A stretch of 64,000 nt of DNA, taken from positions 46,563-110,562 of the forward strand of contig CAVOZJ010000030.1 of assembly GCA_963700885.1 (NCBI GenBank). Direction: 5' to 3'. Shown here piece by piece: positions 38,599 through 48,066 of the stretch; the first letter of the stretch is position 1, and each line of letters opens with the position of its first letter. A model generated the notes under the pieces. The model had not been told where the DNA came from. It saw only the letters and a program-made list of their open reading frames with translations, and did no database searches. The position numbers were made by a program, and so were the translations under genes. Origin of the DNA: an uncultured Alphaproteobacteria bacterium. GTDB lineage: Bacteria > Pseudomonadota > Alphaproteobacteria > Rhizobiales > Aestuariivirgaceae.

Positions 38599-39699
38599 AT
38601 GACACTCAAGGCACTCACCCTCGGTTCCGCCGTAATAGATATCATTGTCACCATTGCACCGGAGCGTATCGAGCACATGCGCATGCGCAATGCCGATGCT
38701 TCATTCCTTCTGGTGGAAGAAGGCCGCAAGGTGGATGCAGAATCCGTGACGCGCCACATTGGCGGCGGCGGCGTCAACACGGCGGTGGCTCTGGCGCGGC
38801 TGGGCTTTGAAACCGCAGCTCTGGTGAAGACCGGCTCTGACCGCAACGCGGAGGATGTACTGGCCCGGCTTGAGCAAGAAAACGTGTCCCGTGATTTTCT
38901 GGTCAGCGATGCAAGCCTTGCCACCGGGTCATCGGTGCTGTTGTCATCGCATGAACGCAACGCCGGCATATTTACCGCTCGCGGCGCCAATACGGCATTG
39001 CTCACGGCAGACCTGGCCGATGAAGCATTTGAGCGTGACCTGGTGTTCATTTCCGGATTGTCAAACGAGTTTGCCGATTGCTTTCCCGATGTTATCGCCA
39101 AGGCAAGTGCTGCCGGTGCACGCATTGCAACCAACCCCGGTGTAAGACAATTGTCATCGCGGGCCGATGAGTTTTTTGCCTGCCTCGACCGGATTTCCAT
39201 ACTGACCCTGAACCGGGTTGAATCCGAACAACTGGTGCCGCGCCTCATAGCCAGCCGTACAGCTGACCAGCGCACGATCATCAAGCCTGCCGGCAATCCC
39301 AACTCGCTGGTTGACAGGGGTCTGGTGGCCGGCGGGTTCAACCTGCCGTTTGACAGCTATGTGCGGGCCATAACTTCGCTGGGCGTGGATATGCTTCTGG
39401 TCACCAATGGGTCAGACGGCGCTTATGCCGGCACCGCCGGCGCCATCTGGCACTGCACCGTGCCCACAGTGGAAGTGGCAGGCACGGCAGGTGCGGGCGA
39501 TGCCTTTGCCTCAACATTTGCCGGGATGATAACCGCAGGCGCGAGTATCGAGGATGCACTCAAATCAGCCACCTGCAATGCAGGGTCTGTAGTCAGTCAT
39601 CTTGACACCCAGACCGGGCTGCTGGGCCGCGACGGGATAGCTCAGCGTGTCAGGGAATTTGAAAGTGGGCTTAAAGTAACCAGGTGGGATATCGCCTGA
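38599..39699 (+). CDS. PfkB-family carbohydrate kinase
   Basis: LTLGSAVIDIIV...GGGGVNTAVALARLG...VTNGSDGAY...GTAGAGDAFASTF (the PfkB DTxGAGD-type motif). Confidence 0.75.
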   Translation: MTLKALTLGSAVIDIIVTIAPERIEHMRMRNADASFLLVEEGRKVDAESVTRHIGGGGVNTAVALARLGFETAALVKTGSDRNAEDVLARLEQENVSRDFLVSDASLATGSSVLLSSHERNAGIFTARGANTALLTADLADEAFERDLVFISGLSNEFADCFPDVIAKASAAGARIATNPGVRQLSSRADEFFACLDRISILTLNRVESEQLVPRLIASRTADQRTIIKPAGNPNSLVDRGLVAGGFNLPFDSYVRAITSLGVDMLLVTNGSDGAYAGTAGAIWHCTVPTVEVAGTAGAGDAFASTFAGMITAGASIEDALKSATCNAGSVVSHLDTQTGLLGRDGIAQRVREFESGLKVTRWDIA

Positions 39700-39705
39700 T
39701 CTCAC

Positions 39706-40704
39706 TTATCCGGAGCAACTGGCGCCGCCCAGTACACAGAATTTTGAACAATGCGGGTGGTTCAGTTTCACCGCACCATGTGAAAAATTGCCACTGTTGG
39801 CTCGTGAAGACGAGGCAAGGTCCGGACCCATATCAAAATCACCGTCATAGGGCAGCAGTGTGCACGGCAGGACAGTAACCGCGTGTGCGCCCTTGCGTCT
39901 GACCACCATGCGGCTGGTAGCGCACATCTGGTCGTCAGGCCGCTTTTTCAGGATATCCCAGCAGGAGACTGTGATTTCAGGCACATCTGCTTTTGCGTTC
40001 ATTTCGGGAAACAGCACCAGCTGACCCCGGTTTTCAGGGTCAATCCGCCAGCCGTGAACAGCGATCAGATCGCGGTACCCGGTGCGCGAAACAGTATCGG
40101 TCTCGCCCCAGCAGGTGCGCCCGGCAATGGCAATCCGGAAACCATTATCATTCAGCCAGTCCATGCCGGCGACGGCCCTGTGCCATGTGTTCGGTCCGCG
40201 TTCGTCTTCATGCAGGGCCTGCGCGTAATGATCCAGGCTGACCCGCAGTGTAATGCGGTCGCGAAAACGCTCATTCAGGTCTACCAGCCCGTTCTTTATT
40301 CCGGGCCGTTGCATGGGTTGCATTGCATTGGTCAGCACCAGCACATCATGACCGCGCGAGAGTGCTGCTTCCATCATCGCGAGCATGTCGGGGTTCATGA
40401 ACGGTTCGCCGCCGGTGAAGGCGATTTCACGAGTATCCAGTTTGAGCGTTTCGATCTCGTCAAGCAGTGACACCGCATCCGCCAGTTTGAAATATTCCAG
40501 CCGGTCATTGCTTGGCGATGATTCGATATAGCAGTTGGCGCAAGTGATATTGCACAACGTGCCGGTGTTGATCCACAGCGTCTCCAGCGTGCTCAGGCTG
40601 ACACTGGCGCGCATTTCACCCAGCACGGTCAGGTGCGGGTCTTTGAACTTGCGCGGGTCGAGTGGCGAAAACCCTGCAACAAGTGGATTGGAAATTTCAT
40701 TCAT
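39706..40704 (-). CDS. radical SAM / Cys-rich domain protein (ArsS-like family)
   Basis: CX3CX2C as GTLCNITCANCY. FTGGEPFMNPD. C-terminal Cys motif HCSKFCVLGGASCSG. 332 aa. Confidence 0.65.
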   Translation of the reverse strand: MNEISNPLVAGFSPLDPRKFKDPHLTVLGEMRASVSLSTLETLWINTGTLCNITCANCYIESSPSNDRLEYFKLADAVSLLDEIETLKLDTREIAFTGGEPFMNPDMLAMMEAALSRGHDVLVLTNAMQPMQRPGIKNGLVDLNERFRDRITLRVSLDHYAQALHEDERGPNTWHRAVAGMDWLNDNGFRIAIAGRTCWGETDTVSRTGYRDLIAVHGWRIDPENRGQLVLFPEMNAKADVPEITVSCWDILKKRPDDQMCATSRMVVRRKGAHAVTVLPCTLLPYDGDFDMGPDLASSSRANSGNFSHGAVKLNHPHCSKFCVLGGASCSG

Positions 40705-40833
40705 GGGCGGGAAACTAGCGCTATCACAGCGGCGAGACTACCATGAAAAACCGTCTGTAACATAATTGTCAGAAGACCGTGATTACGGTTGACACAACAC
40801 CTCGCTGATGTCGTTAAATCTTTCACGGCGCAT

Positions 40834-40907
40834 GCGGGTGTAGCTCAATGGCAGAGCAGAAGCTTCCCAAGCTTGAGACGAGGGTTCGATTCCCTTCACC
40901 CGCTCCA
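40834..40907 (+). tRNA. tRNA-Gly (anticodon CCC)
   Basis: GCGGGTGTAGCTCAATGGCAGAGCAGAAGCTTCCCAAGCTTGAGACGAGGGTTCGATTCCCTTCACCCGCTCCA. Confidence 0.9.
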
Positions 40908-41127
40908 GGGGGCAATGTGTCCAGCCCGGACCATTTGGCTGCAATTTTCCATAAATCCGGAGAGGATCGCTTCTTTTCCCGGTTTGTCTGCAAGATCGGC
41001 GTGCGAGGCCTTTCTTAGCTGGCGCAAATTCGCTACTGCTAGTGCCCGTCAGGCAAACATTCCCCGGAATGCGGGGGCGCTTCCCGGTTTGCGTGACCTG
41101 AATGATGTGGTTTGAACCGAGGCCGGA

Positions 41128-42009
41128 ATGAGAACTGTTTCACCGCCCACCCGTAAACCCGGGTGGCTCTCATACCTTAAAACTGTATTTGCTGCTGGTC
41201 TGCTTGGAATCGCCTGTATCGGTATGACAATACCGGCGCTTGCGGAGGATGAGTTGCCGGAATTCCGCCAGGTTGCGGATATCGACGTTACCACCAGTCT
41301 GCGCAAGGTCAGGCGCGTCCGCTTTGCGGTGGATACAAATTTTCCTCCGTTCGCGTTTCGCGACAATGCAGGTGCATTGACAGGTTTTATACCGCTGCTT
41401 GTTGATGGCATGTGTTCGGACATGAACATCAAGTGTGAATTTGTAATCCTCGACACTGCCAGCATGGAGGGTGCCCTGACTGGCAAGCAGGCAGATGTCG
41501 GCGTGTACATGACGGGACGCGATGAACTGGACTTTGAGAAGCTGGAATTCACACGGCCATTTCTGCGTCCGTTCGGCCGGTTTGCAACACGCACATCCAG
41601 CCCGATAAGGAATACCGATGTCCGGACCCTGGCCGGCAAGCGGGTAGGCGTTCGCGAGGGTACAACCCATGCCAGCTTCATTCGGCAGCATTACAGCCGC
41701 TCGTTACTGGTATCTTTCCCAAGTCACGAAGAGCTTTACGAAGCCGCGCGTACCGGCAAGGTCGATATTGTGTTCGACGATGCCTTCCGGTTGATGTTCT
41801 GGCTGCAGGGGTCTCTTTCAAGGCAGTGCTGTCATTTTGTCGGCCGCGGGTTTATCGACAGGTCACAGTTTTCACAGCCAATATCACTGGTTGTGCGCCG
41901 CGAGGACAATGACTTGCGCAAAGTGCTGGATTACGGTCTTGACCGCCTGCAATCATCGGGAAACTTTGCCAGGGTCTACAATCGATTTTTCCCGCAATCA
42001 CCTTATTAG
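41128..42009 (+). CDS. periplasmic substrate-binding protein (amino-acid ABC SBP family 3-like), orphan
   Basis: Signal/TM segment (VFAAGLLGIACIGMTIPALA). VRFAVDTNFPPFAF...LAGKRVGVREGTTH...VDIVFDDAF. No permease or ATPase gene is adjacent. Confidence 0.6.
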   Translation: MRTVSPPTRKPGWLSYLKTVFAAGLLGIACIGMTIPALAEDELPEFRQVADIDVTTSLRKVRRVRFAVDTNFPPFAFRDNAGALTGFIPLLVDGMCSDMNIKCEFVILDTASMEGALTGKQADVGVYMTGRDELDFEKLEFTRPFLRPFGRFATRTSSPIRNTDVRTLAGKRVGVREGTTHASFIRQHYSRSLLVSFPSHEELYEAARTGKVDIVFDDAFRLMFWLQGSLSRQCCHFVGRGFIDRSQFSQPISLVVRREDNDLRKVLDYGLDRLQSSGNFARVYNRFFPQSPY

Positions 42010-42671
42010 TGAAACTGCCGGCTAGCAATCTGATGGCGATTTCCAACCCCGCTTTTCTGCATAATGGCCCTGCTGACGGGCCGGTCTTGCTGTTGGCGCA
42101 CGGCGCAGGGGCGCCGATGGATTCGGCTTTCATGAACGAGATGGCAGGCTTGCTGGCAGACCTTGGCGTTCAGGTAGTGCGGTTTGAGTTTGCCTATATG
42201 GCAGCACGCCGGACAGACGGCAAAAGACGGCCTCCAACGCCAATGCCGGGCCTGATTGATGAGTTTCAGCAGGCCATCTCAGCGATTGGGGCCGGTTCAT
42301 TGTTCATTGGCGGAAAATCCATGGGTGGCCGCGTGGCCAGTATGATCGCCGCCGATCGGCAACTCAACCGGGGAATATCCGGACTGGTTTGCCTGGGCTA
42401 TCCCTTTCATCCGCCGGGCAAGCCGGAAAAACTGCGAACCCGGCACCTGGCGTCGATCAGTTGCCCAAGCCTGATTGTGCAGGGCGAACGCGACCCGTTC
42501 GGCAATGTGGCAGACCTGTCAGGCTATGAATTGCCGCCGCAGATGGAGGTTTTCTGGTCTCCGCTCGGTAATCATGATCTTGTCCCACCCAGGAAATCAG
42601 GCCTCACGGCGCGCGAAAACTGGACCCTTGCCGCGGAGGCTGTGTCGGGCTTTATCGGCATTCATCGTTGA
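42009..42671 (+). CDS. alpha/beta hydrolase (KANL3/Tex30-like)
   Basis: VLLLAHGAGAPMDSAFM...FIGGKSMGGRVASM...LIVQGERDPFG. GTG start overlaps the upstream stop. Confidence 0.7.
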   Translation: MKLPASNLMAISNPAFLHNGPADGPVLLLAHGAGAPMDSAFMNEMAGLLADLGVQVVRFEFAYMAARRTDGKRRPPTPMPGLIDEFQQAISAIGAGSLFIGGKSMGGRVASMIAADRQLNRGISGLVCLGYPFHPPGKPEKLRTRHLASISCPSLIVQGERDPFGNVADLSGYELPPQMEVFWSPLGNHDLVPPRKSGLTARENWTLAAEAVSGFIGIHR

Positions 42672-42797
42672 AAAAGCTCGAGCATGCACAGCCCGGATGT
42701 GAAACCCCGGATCCTGATCTGGTCTCAGGTTTGCGCATTTTACCCCTGTTCGGTATTTCGGTTGAAAAATGTTTCATTGCGGCACATCATCGCCATT

Positions 42798-43481
42798 GTG
42801 GATGAGATCAGGGATATACCGCTATTTGAATCGCTTGGAGATGGACAGGCCCGAAAGCTGTCTGTGCATTGCGTATGGCGTTCAGTCGCGGAAAATGAAC
42901 TCATTATCGATTATGAGGACGATACTGCAGAGGTTCTATTCGTTGTGGACGGCCGGGTGCGGATTCTGTTGCGAACTGCTTCGGGCCGCGAAGTGATTCT
43001 CGACGACATGCAGGGCGGCCGCTATTTCGGCGAGATGGCGGCCATTGACGGTTTGCCGCGTTCCGCCAATGTGACGGCACTTGAAAAGACCCGCATCTGC
43101 GTTATGCCGGATGCCGTGTTCCGGGAAGCCTGCACATCCATACCGTCGGTTGGGCTGTCGGTTATGAAAATGCTGGCTGACAGAGTGCGCACCTTGAATC
43201 AGCGTCTGGGTGAGTATGCTTTCCTGACCGCAAAACAACGCCTGTGTGCAGAGTTGTTGCGATTGTCCCGCCCCCGCATTGGCAATGAACGCCAGCGAAT
43301 CGTGTCACCACCACCGCTGCAGCGCGAACTGGCCGACAGAATTTCAACCCAGCGGGAAGTTGTGACACGCGAACTGGCCAGTCTTTCCCGCAAGAACATC
43401 ATAGAAAAAACCCGCGGCGGCCTGGTGCTGGTTGAACCCGACAGGCTCAATGCTATTATCGATGAGGCACAGTCGAAATAG
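42798..43481 (+). CDS. Crp/Fnr family transcriptional regulator
   Basis: cNMP-binding domain (IPLFESL...YFGEMAAIDGLPRSANVTALE) and a C-terminal HTH (RELADRISTQREVVTRELASL). The start is uncertain (GTG 42798 or TTG 42762). The first 38 codons of the track ORF are unlikely. Confidence 0.8.
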   Translation: MDEIRDIPLFESLGDGQARKLSVHCVWRSVAENELIIDYEDDTAEVLFVVDGRVRILLRTASGREVILDDMQGGRYFGEMAAIDGLPRSANVTALEKTRICVMPDAVFREACTSIPSVGLSVMKMLADRVRTLNQRLGEYAFLTAKQRLCAELLRLSRPRIGNERQRIVSPPPLQRELADRISTQREVVTRELASLSRKNIIEKTRGGLVLVEPDRLNAIIDEAQSK

Positions 43482-43510
43482 TCAGGGCCGTAATCCAGGT
43501 TCCTTTGGAA

Positions 43511-45526
43511 TCAGTTGAGGTCACGCTCGATATTTTCGGCAAAATCACGCTCAAAAACCAGCTTCCCGTTATGCCAGGCTTCGATGCGGGCTGTCAGGTG
43601 AAACTGGCTGGCGGATGCACGCATTGTTGACCAGGTTTCTGTCCGCAGCGCTATGTCGCCCCGTTGCATTTCCTGGGTCCAGTGGGTTGCCATGCGTGCT
43701 GACAACGGGTCTGCCGGAGCAATGCTGTGCACCTCCCGGCAAATTTCTCCCGTGACAAGGCCGTGCCCGGCATGCTGGTACAGGCCGAAATCGTCTTCAA
43801 TTGTGATTGTAACCTGGCCGGTGTTGCTGTCTTCCATCTGCTTGCGCGAACTCGACGGCGGGCGCAGTTCAACACGTTCTGCCGGTGGCTCAGAACTCGC
43901 TTCCTGAAACACGGGAGCAATTTCACCAGGCACCGGTGAGCGCACCGGCACGGTCAGCCATGACCTCGCGGTATAGATCGTCAGCGTCACCGGTTCAGGG
44001 GCGGGCCACATCAACGGCCAGTAGCAGGTAGACAGTGACAGCCGAAGCTTGTGGCTCCTCGGCAGCGTGCGGGCCACGTCATCCAGCCGGATACGACAAA
44101 AATACCGTTCGCCGGGTTCAAGTGCTTCGGGGTGTTCGTGACTGGTTATATGTGTAAGGTTCTGCAACGCATAGGTGATGCGTGCAACGCTGCCGTCAGG
44201 GCGTACATCGTTCAGCCGGACAGCCAACAGGGCAATCGGCTGGTTGCTTGCAAACTCCAGTTCGAGTACCGCCTGGCCGACGAGGTCCATATCCGCGCCG
44301 AGAACCGGCGTATCAAAAATCAGCGAGCCCACATCATCACGCGCCTGGTCGCCGGCAAATTCAGGTCCCTGCCACATCGCACAAAACTCGCCACCATCGC
44401 GTCCGGTTGTCTGAGGGGAGTTCAGGCTGAGGGCTTTTTCCGTACCGGGCGTTTCACGCAATCCTTCAAGCGTCAGGTAAAGCCGGTTCGGATGGCAGGA
44501 CGCGCCGGGCCAGCAGGTATCTGAGATCCACTTGCCGGGGATGTCTGATGGCAACTCTGTTGGCGGTACCGACTGCATCACATAAGTGCGTACAGCAGGA
44601 TCCCGCAGCACGCCGGTTGCCTCGCCTTTCAGCCAGAAGTCCCACCATCTCAGTGCTTCCTGCAGAAAACCGATGCGCGGGCCGGGTACCGCCATATGCG
44701 GATACCTGTGCGCCCAGGCTCCGACAATGGCTTTCACCGGTGCCCTGAGATTGGACAGCATCCGGAACACTGCATTTGAATAGGCATCATTGAAACCGCC
44801 GACAGCCAGCACTGCGGCTTCGATGCTGGAATAATCCTCGCACACCGAGCCATGCTTCCAGTAATCATCGCGGTGTTGGTGCCGCAGCCATCGCGCGGCC
44901 AGGAACGGTTCGTTCTGCAACCGGTGCATCCAGGTATCGAACCAGCCATCGCCCGCAAGAGCAGGATCAGGCGGGCGCGACGAATAGGAAAGCATGGCGG
45001 CACCCCAGCCAAGGTTTTCATTTATCACACAGCCACCCTTGAAGTGGATGTCATCGCCGTAGCGGTCGTCAGTGGAACACAGTGTAATGATGGCCTTGAG
45101 CGGCTCAGGCCGCATCGCCGCAATCTGCAAACTGTTGAAGCCGCCCCACGATATACCCATCATGCCGATCCTGCCGGTACACCAGACCTGCCCGGCGAGC
45201 CAGTTGATCACTTCGACACCATTATCCAGTTCCTGCCGGGTGTACTCATCCTCGAGAATGCCGTCGGACTCACCGCAACCGCGCATGTCGACCCGCACGC
45301 AGGCATAACCGTGGCCTGCAAAATAGGGGTGGGTAATCTGATCCCGTTCGGCTGTGCCGTCACGCTTTCGATAGGGCAGGTACTCCATTATTGCCGGCAC
45401 CGGGTGTATTTCCGCATCTGCGGGTAACCAGATGCGCGCCGCCAGCCTGATGCCGTCAGACAATGTGATCCACTGGTTTTCAATTTCGCGGATCTGGTTT
45501 GGAAACTGATTGATAGCCCTGGTCAT
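43511..45526 (-). CDS. CocE/NonD family hydrolase (S15 X-Pro dipeptidyl-peptidase-like)
   Basis: LSDGIRLAARIWLP...EYLPYRKRDGT...VRVDMRGCGESDG...MMGISWGGF. Start at MTRAINQ. Confidence 0.85.
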   Translation of the reverse strand: MTRAINQFPNQIREIENQWITLSDGIRLAARIWLPADAEIHPVPAIMEYLPYRKRDGTAERDQITHPYFAGHGYACVRVDMRGCGESDGILEDEYTRQELDNGVEVINWLAGQVWCTGRIGMMGISWGGFNSLQIAAMRPEPLKAIITLCSTDDRYGDDIHFKGGCVINENLGWGAAMLSYSSRPPDPALAGDGWFDTWMHRLQNEPFLAARWLRHQHRDDYWKHGSVCEDYSSIEAAVLAVGGFNDAYSNAVFRMLSNLRAPVKAIVGAWAHRYPHMAVPGPRIGFLQEALRWWDFWLKGEATGVLRDPAVRTYVMQSVPPTELPSDIPGKWISDTCWPGASCHPNRLYLTLEGLRETPGTEKALSLNSPQTTGRDGGEFCAMWQGPEFAGDQARDDVGSLIFDTPVLGADMDLVGQAVLELEFASNQPIALLAVRLNDVRPDGSVARITYALQNLTHITSHEHPEALEPGERYFCRIRLDDVARTLPRSHKLRLSLSTCYWPLMWPAPEPVTLTIYTARSWLTVPVRSPVPGEIAPVFQEASSEPPAERVELRPPSSSRKQMEDSNTGQVTITIEDDFGLYQHAGHGLVTGEICREVHSIAPADPLSARMATHWTQEMQRGDIALRTETWSTMRASASQFHLTARIEAWHNGKLVFERDFAENIERDLN

Positions 45527-45613
45527 TGTGACATCCTGGCAATGGCCGATACGATTGCGTGAAACTGGCACCTGCGGCCAGCCTCGTCCGGACCGGCTCC
45601 GGGGTCATCTTGC

Positions 45614-46798
45614 ATGATTGTCACATTGTCATGGCATCATTTTAAGATCATGATTCCTTTTATGATTTGGAACAGACAGTCATCCGGCAACGATGCCCGG
45701 TCCCGGCCCACAAATGATGAGGCCGGACGCGTTCGGCTGCAACCTGAAACTCTGGCGGTTGTCGAGGCCATGGTGCGCGCCGTGCCGGATCCGTTTATTC
45801 TGCTGGATGCAACTGCCACCATCATTACCCACAACGAACCGGCCAGGGCACTGACGGGTCAGGATATGATTGGCCATCACCTGTCGCAACATATACGCGC
45901 GCCCGGGGTACTCGAGGCGGTTGAACTGGCTGCGGAACACGGGATTTCGGATCAGGTGCATTATGAACGGCGCACCGGTGGAGGCAGGCTGTACGAGGTT
46001 TTCGTCACCCCTGTCGCTGCGGGCAGCATAACCGGATTGCCGGTCGTAACGGTTCTGCTGCGTGACCTGAGTACACAACAGCAACTTGAGAAAATGCGCG
46101 CTGATTTCGTGGCCAATGCCAGTCATGAGCTGCGCACTCCGCTGGCCTCGATGACCGGATTCATTGAAACCCTGCAAGGCTCAGCCAAAAACGATGCCAG
46201 GGCGCGGGACCGGTTTCTTGGCAGGATGCTCGAGCAGGCGCATCGCATGCGGCGATTGATCGATGACCTGTTGTCACTGTCGCGCATTGAAATGAATTTG
46301 CACCGCACACCTTCAGATCATGTGGATATGTCCGAGGTCGCACGTTATAGCGTCGAGCTCCTGTCGGCGCGGGCATCTGAAGCGGAATGTCAGGTAAGAC
46401 TGGATGCGCAACCCGGCATGATCGTTCATGGGCAGCGCGATGAGCTTATCCAGATCACTCAGAACCTTATCGAGAATGCCCTGAAATATGGTGCATCGGA
46501 GCGCGGGATTGACGTGTCTGTAACCTACAACAGGCAGCGGCAAAGAATTGAACTTTCCGTAACCGATTACGGAGCTGGCATTGATGCCGAGCATTTGCCC
46601 CGCCTGACCGAAAGATTTTACCGGGTAAATGTGCAGGAGAGCCGTTCAGGCGGTGGTACCGGCCTCGGCCTGGCCATCGTCAAGCACATAGCATTGCGCC
46701 ACCGTGGCCAGCTTGACATCACATCGCGCAAGGGCGAGGGCAGTATCTTCAAGTTCACCTTGCCCGTTTCCAGTGACTTGGCAAAAGCGGCAGAATAA
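45614..46798 (+). CDS. phoR: phosphate regulon sensor histidine kinase PhoR (no TM helices evident)
   Basis: PAS segment, then DFVANASHELRTPLASMTGFIETLQG...RLIDDLLSLSRIE, plus an ATPase domain (GTGLGLAIVKH). Only 87 nt separate it from the divergent gene, so no membrane anchor can be encoded upstream. Confidence 0.85.
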   Translation: MIVTLSWHHFKIMIPFMIWNRQSSGNDARSRPTNDEAGRVRLQPETLAVVEAMVRAVPDPFILLDATATIITHNEPARALTGQDMIGHHLSQHIRAPGVLEAVELAAEHGISDQVHYERRTGGGRLYEVFVTPVAAGSITGLPVVTVLLRDLSTQQQLEKMRADFVANASHELRTPLASMTGFIETLQGSAKNDARARDRFLGRMLEQAHRMRRLIDDLLSLSRIEMNLHRTPSDHVDMSEVARYSVELLSARASEAECQVRLDAQPGMIVHGQRDELIQITQNLIENALKYGASERGIDVSVTYNRQRQRIELSVTDYGAGIDAEHLPRLTERFYRVNVQESRSGGGTGLGLAIVKHIALRHRGQLDITSRKGEGSIFKFTLPVSSDLAKAAE

Positions 46799-46822
46799 AT
46801 TCAATTTTATCAATAGTTTAAC

Positions 46823-46852
46823 GTGTCATCCAATTGTCACGTAACTGTCACA
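46823..46852 (+). promoter_or_regulatory. Pho box: three TGTCA(T/C) direct repeats with 11-bp phasing upstream of pstS
   Basis: gTGTCATccaatTGTCACgtaacTGTCACa, with repeats starting at 46824, 46835 and 46846. Compare the PhoB consensus CTGTCAT-N4-CTGTCAT. Confidence 0.7.
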
Positions 46853-46952
46853 CCATTGCATGGTGACAGCCATAGGAGTCGGCTTGTTAGCTTTGAAGGG
46901 GCTCATGAAGGGCCTCCGTTCAACCTCCACCATTTACATCAGGGAATCTATC

Positions 46953-47993
46953 ATGCTCAAACGCACCCTTCTTACAGCCACCGTTGCGTTGGCTGCCATT
47001 GCAGCAGCAACTGCTGCGCAGGCCCGCGACCAGATCAAGGTCGTCGGCTCGTCAACCGTGTTCCCGTACAGCCAGGCCGTCGCCGAGGAATTCGCCAACA
47101 AGACCGGCAAGCCGGCGCCGGTGGTTGAGTCGCTCGGCACGGGCGGTGGATTCAAGGCGTTCTGTGGCGGAATTGGTCCTGACCACGCCGATATTACCGG
47201 TGCGTCGCGCGCCATCAAGGACTCCGAAAAGGAACTGTGCGCCAAGAACGGCGTCACCGACATCACGGAAGCTCTGATTGGTTACGACGGCCTGTCCATC
47301 GCCGTATCACGCAAGAACGAGGCAGACTGGAATCTCACTGAAGAGCAGATTTTCAAGGCGCTGGCCGCCGAACTGCCGGACGGCAAGGGTGGTTTCATGG
47401 CCAACCCCAACAAGAAGTGGTCTGAAATCGACGCTTCACTGCCTGACGCGGCGATCATTGTTTTCGGCCCGCCGCCCACCTCGGGCACCCGCGACGCCTT
47501 CGTCGAACTCGCCATGCATGACGGCTGCAACAAGCTGGAAGGCATGAAGGATCTCAAGAAGTCTGATGGCGACAAGTGGAACGAAGTGTGTTCGCGCATG
47601 CGTCAGGACGGACCGTTCATCGAAGCAGGTGAGAACGACAACCTGATCGTTCAGCGTCTCGAAGCGGATCCGAACGCAGTCGGCATCTTCGGTTATTCGT
47701 TCCTGTTCGAAAACAATGACAAGCTGAAGGGCGTCAAGATCGACGGTGTTGAGCCGAACTTCGACACCATTGCTGACAACTCCTACCCGATTGCCCGTCC
47801 CTTGTTCTTCTACGTCAAGAATGCACACCGCAATGTCATCCCCGGCATGCAGGAGTTTCTTGAAGAGTATGTCTCCGAGGCAGCGCTGAACGCCGGCGGT
47901 TACCTCAGCGAACGCGGTCTTACACCGCTTTCTCCGGAGAAGGCAGCCGACGTGCGCGACAGCGTCACCAATGCCAAGGGTATGGGCATGTAA
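46953..47993 (+). CDS. pstS: phosphate ABC transporter substrate-binding protein PstS
   Basis: MLKRTLLTATVALAAIAAATAAQA signal peptide. IKVVGSSTVFPY...GTGGGFK...SGTRDAF. Confidence 0.9.
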   Translation: MLKRTLLTATVALAAIAAATAAQARDQIKVVGSSTVFPYSQAVAEEFANKTGKPAPVVESLGTGGGFKAFCGGIGPDHADITGASRAIKDSEKELCAKNGVTDITEALIGYDGLSIAVSRKNEADWNLTEEQIFKALAAELPDGKGGFMANPNKKWSEIDASLPDAAIIVFGPPPTSGTRDAFVELAMHDGCNKLEGMKDLKKSDGDKWNEVCSRMRQDGPFIEAGENDNLIVQRLEADPNAVGIFGYSFLFENNDKLKGVKIDGVEPNFDTIADNSYPIARPLFFYVKNAHRNVIPGMQEFLEEYVSEAALNAGGYLSERGLTPLSPEKAADVRDSVTNAKGMGM

Positions 47994-48010
47994 GCTGACA
48001 TCTGACGTAG

Positions 48011-48048
48011 CACCCGCCCGTAAGCCGGGCGGGTGCAGTTGATTTTTT
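48011..48048 (+). terminator. hairpin plus T-run between pstS and pstC (attenuator/terminator candidate)
   Basis: CACCCGCCCG-taagc-CGGGCGGGTG, then cagttgaTTTTTT. The T-run lies 7 nt from the stem, so it is not fully canonical. Confidence 0.5.
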
Positions 48049-48066
48049 CCGGGGCGGGAGTTCACT

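Noticed and set aside
40789-41115. A 108-aa plus-strand ORF.
   Set aside because: It reads straight through tRNA-Gly(CCC) at 40834-40907 and has no protein-like features.
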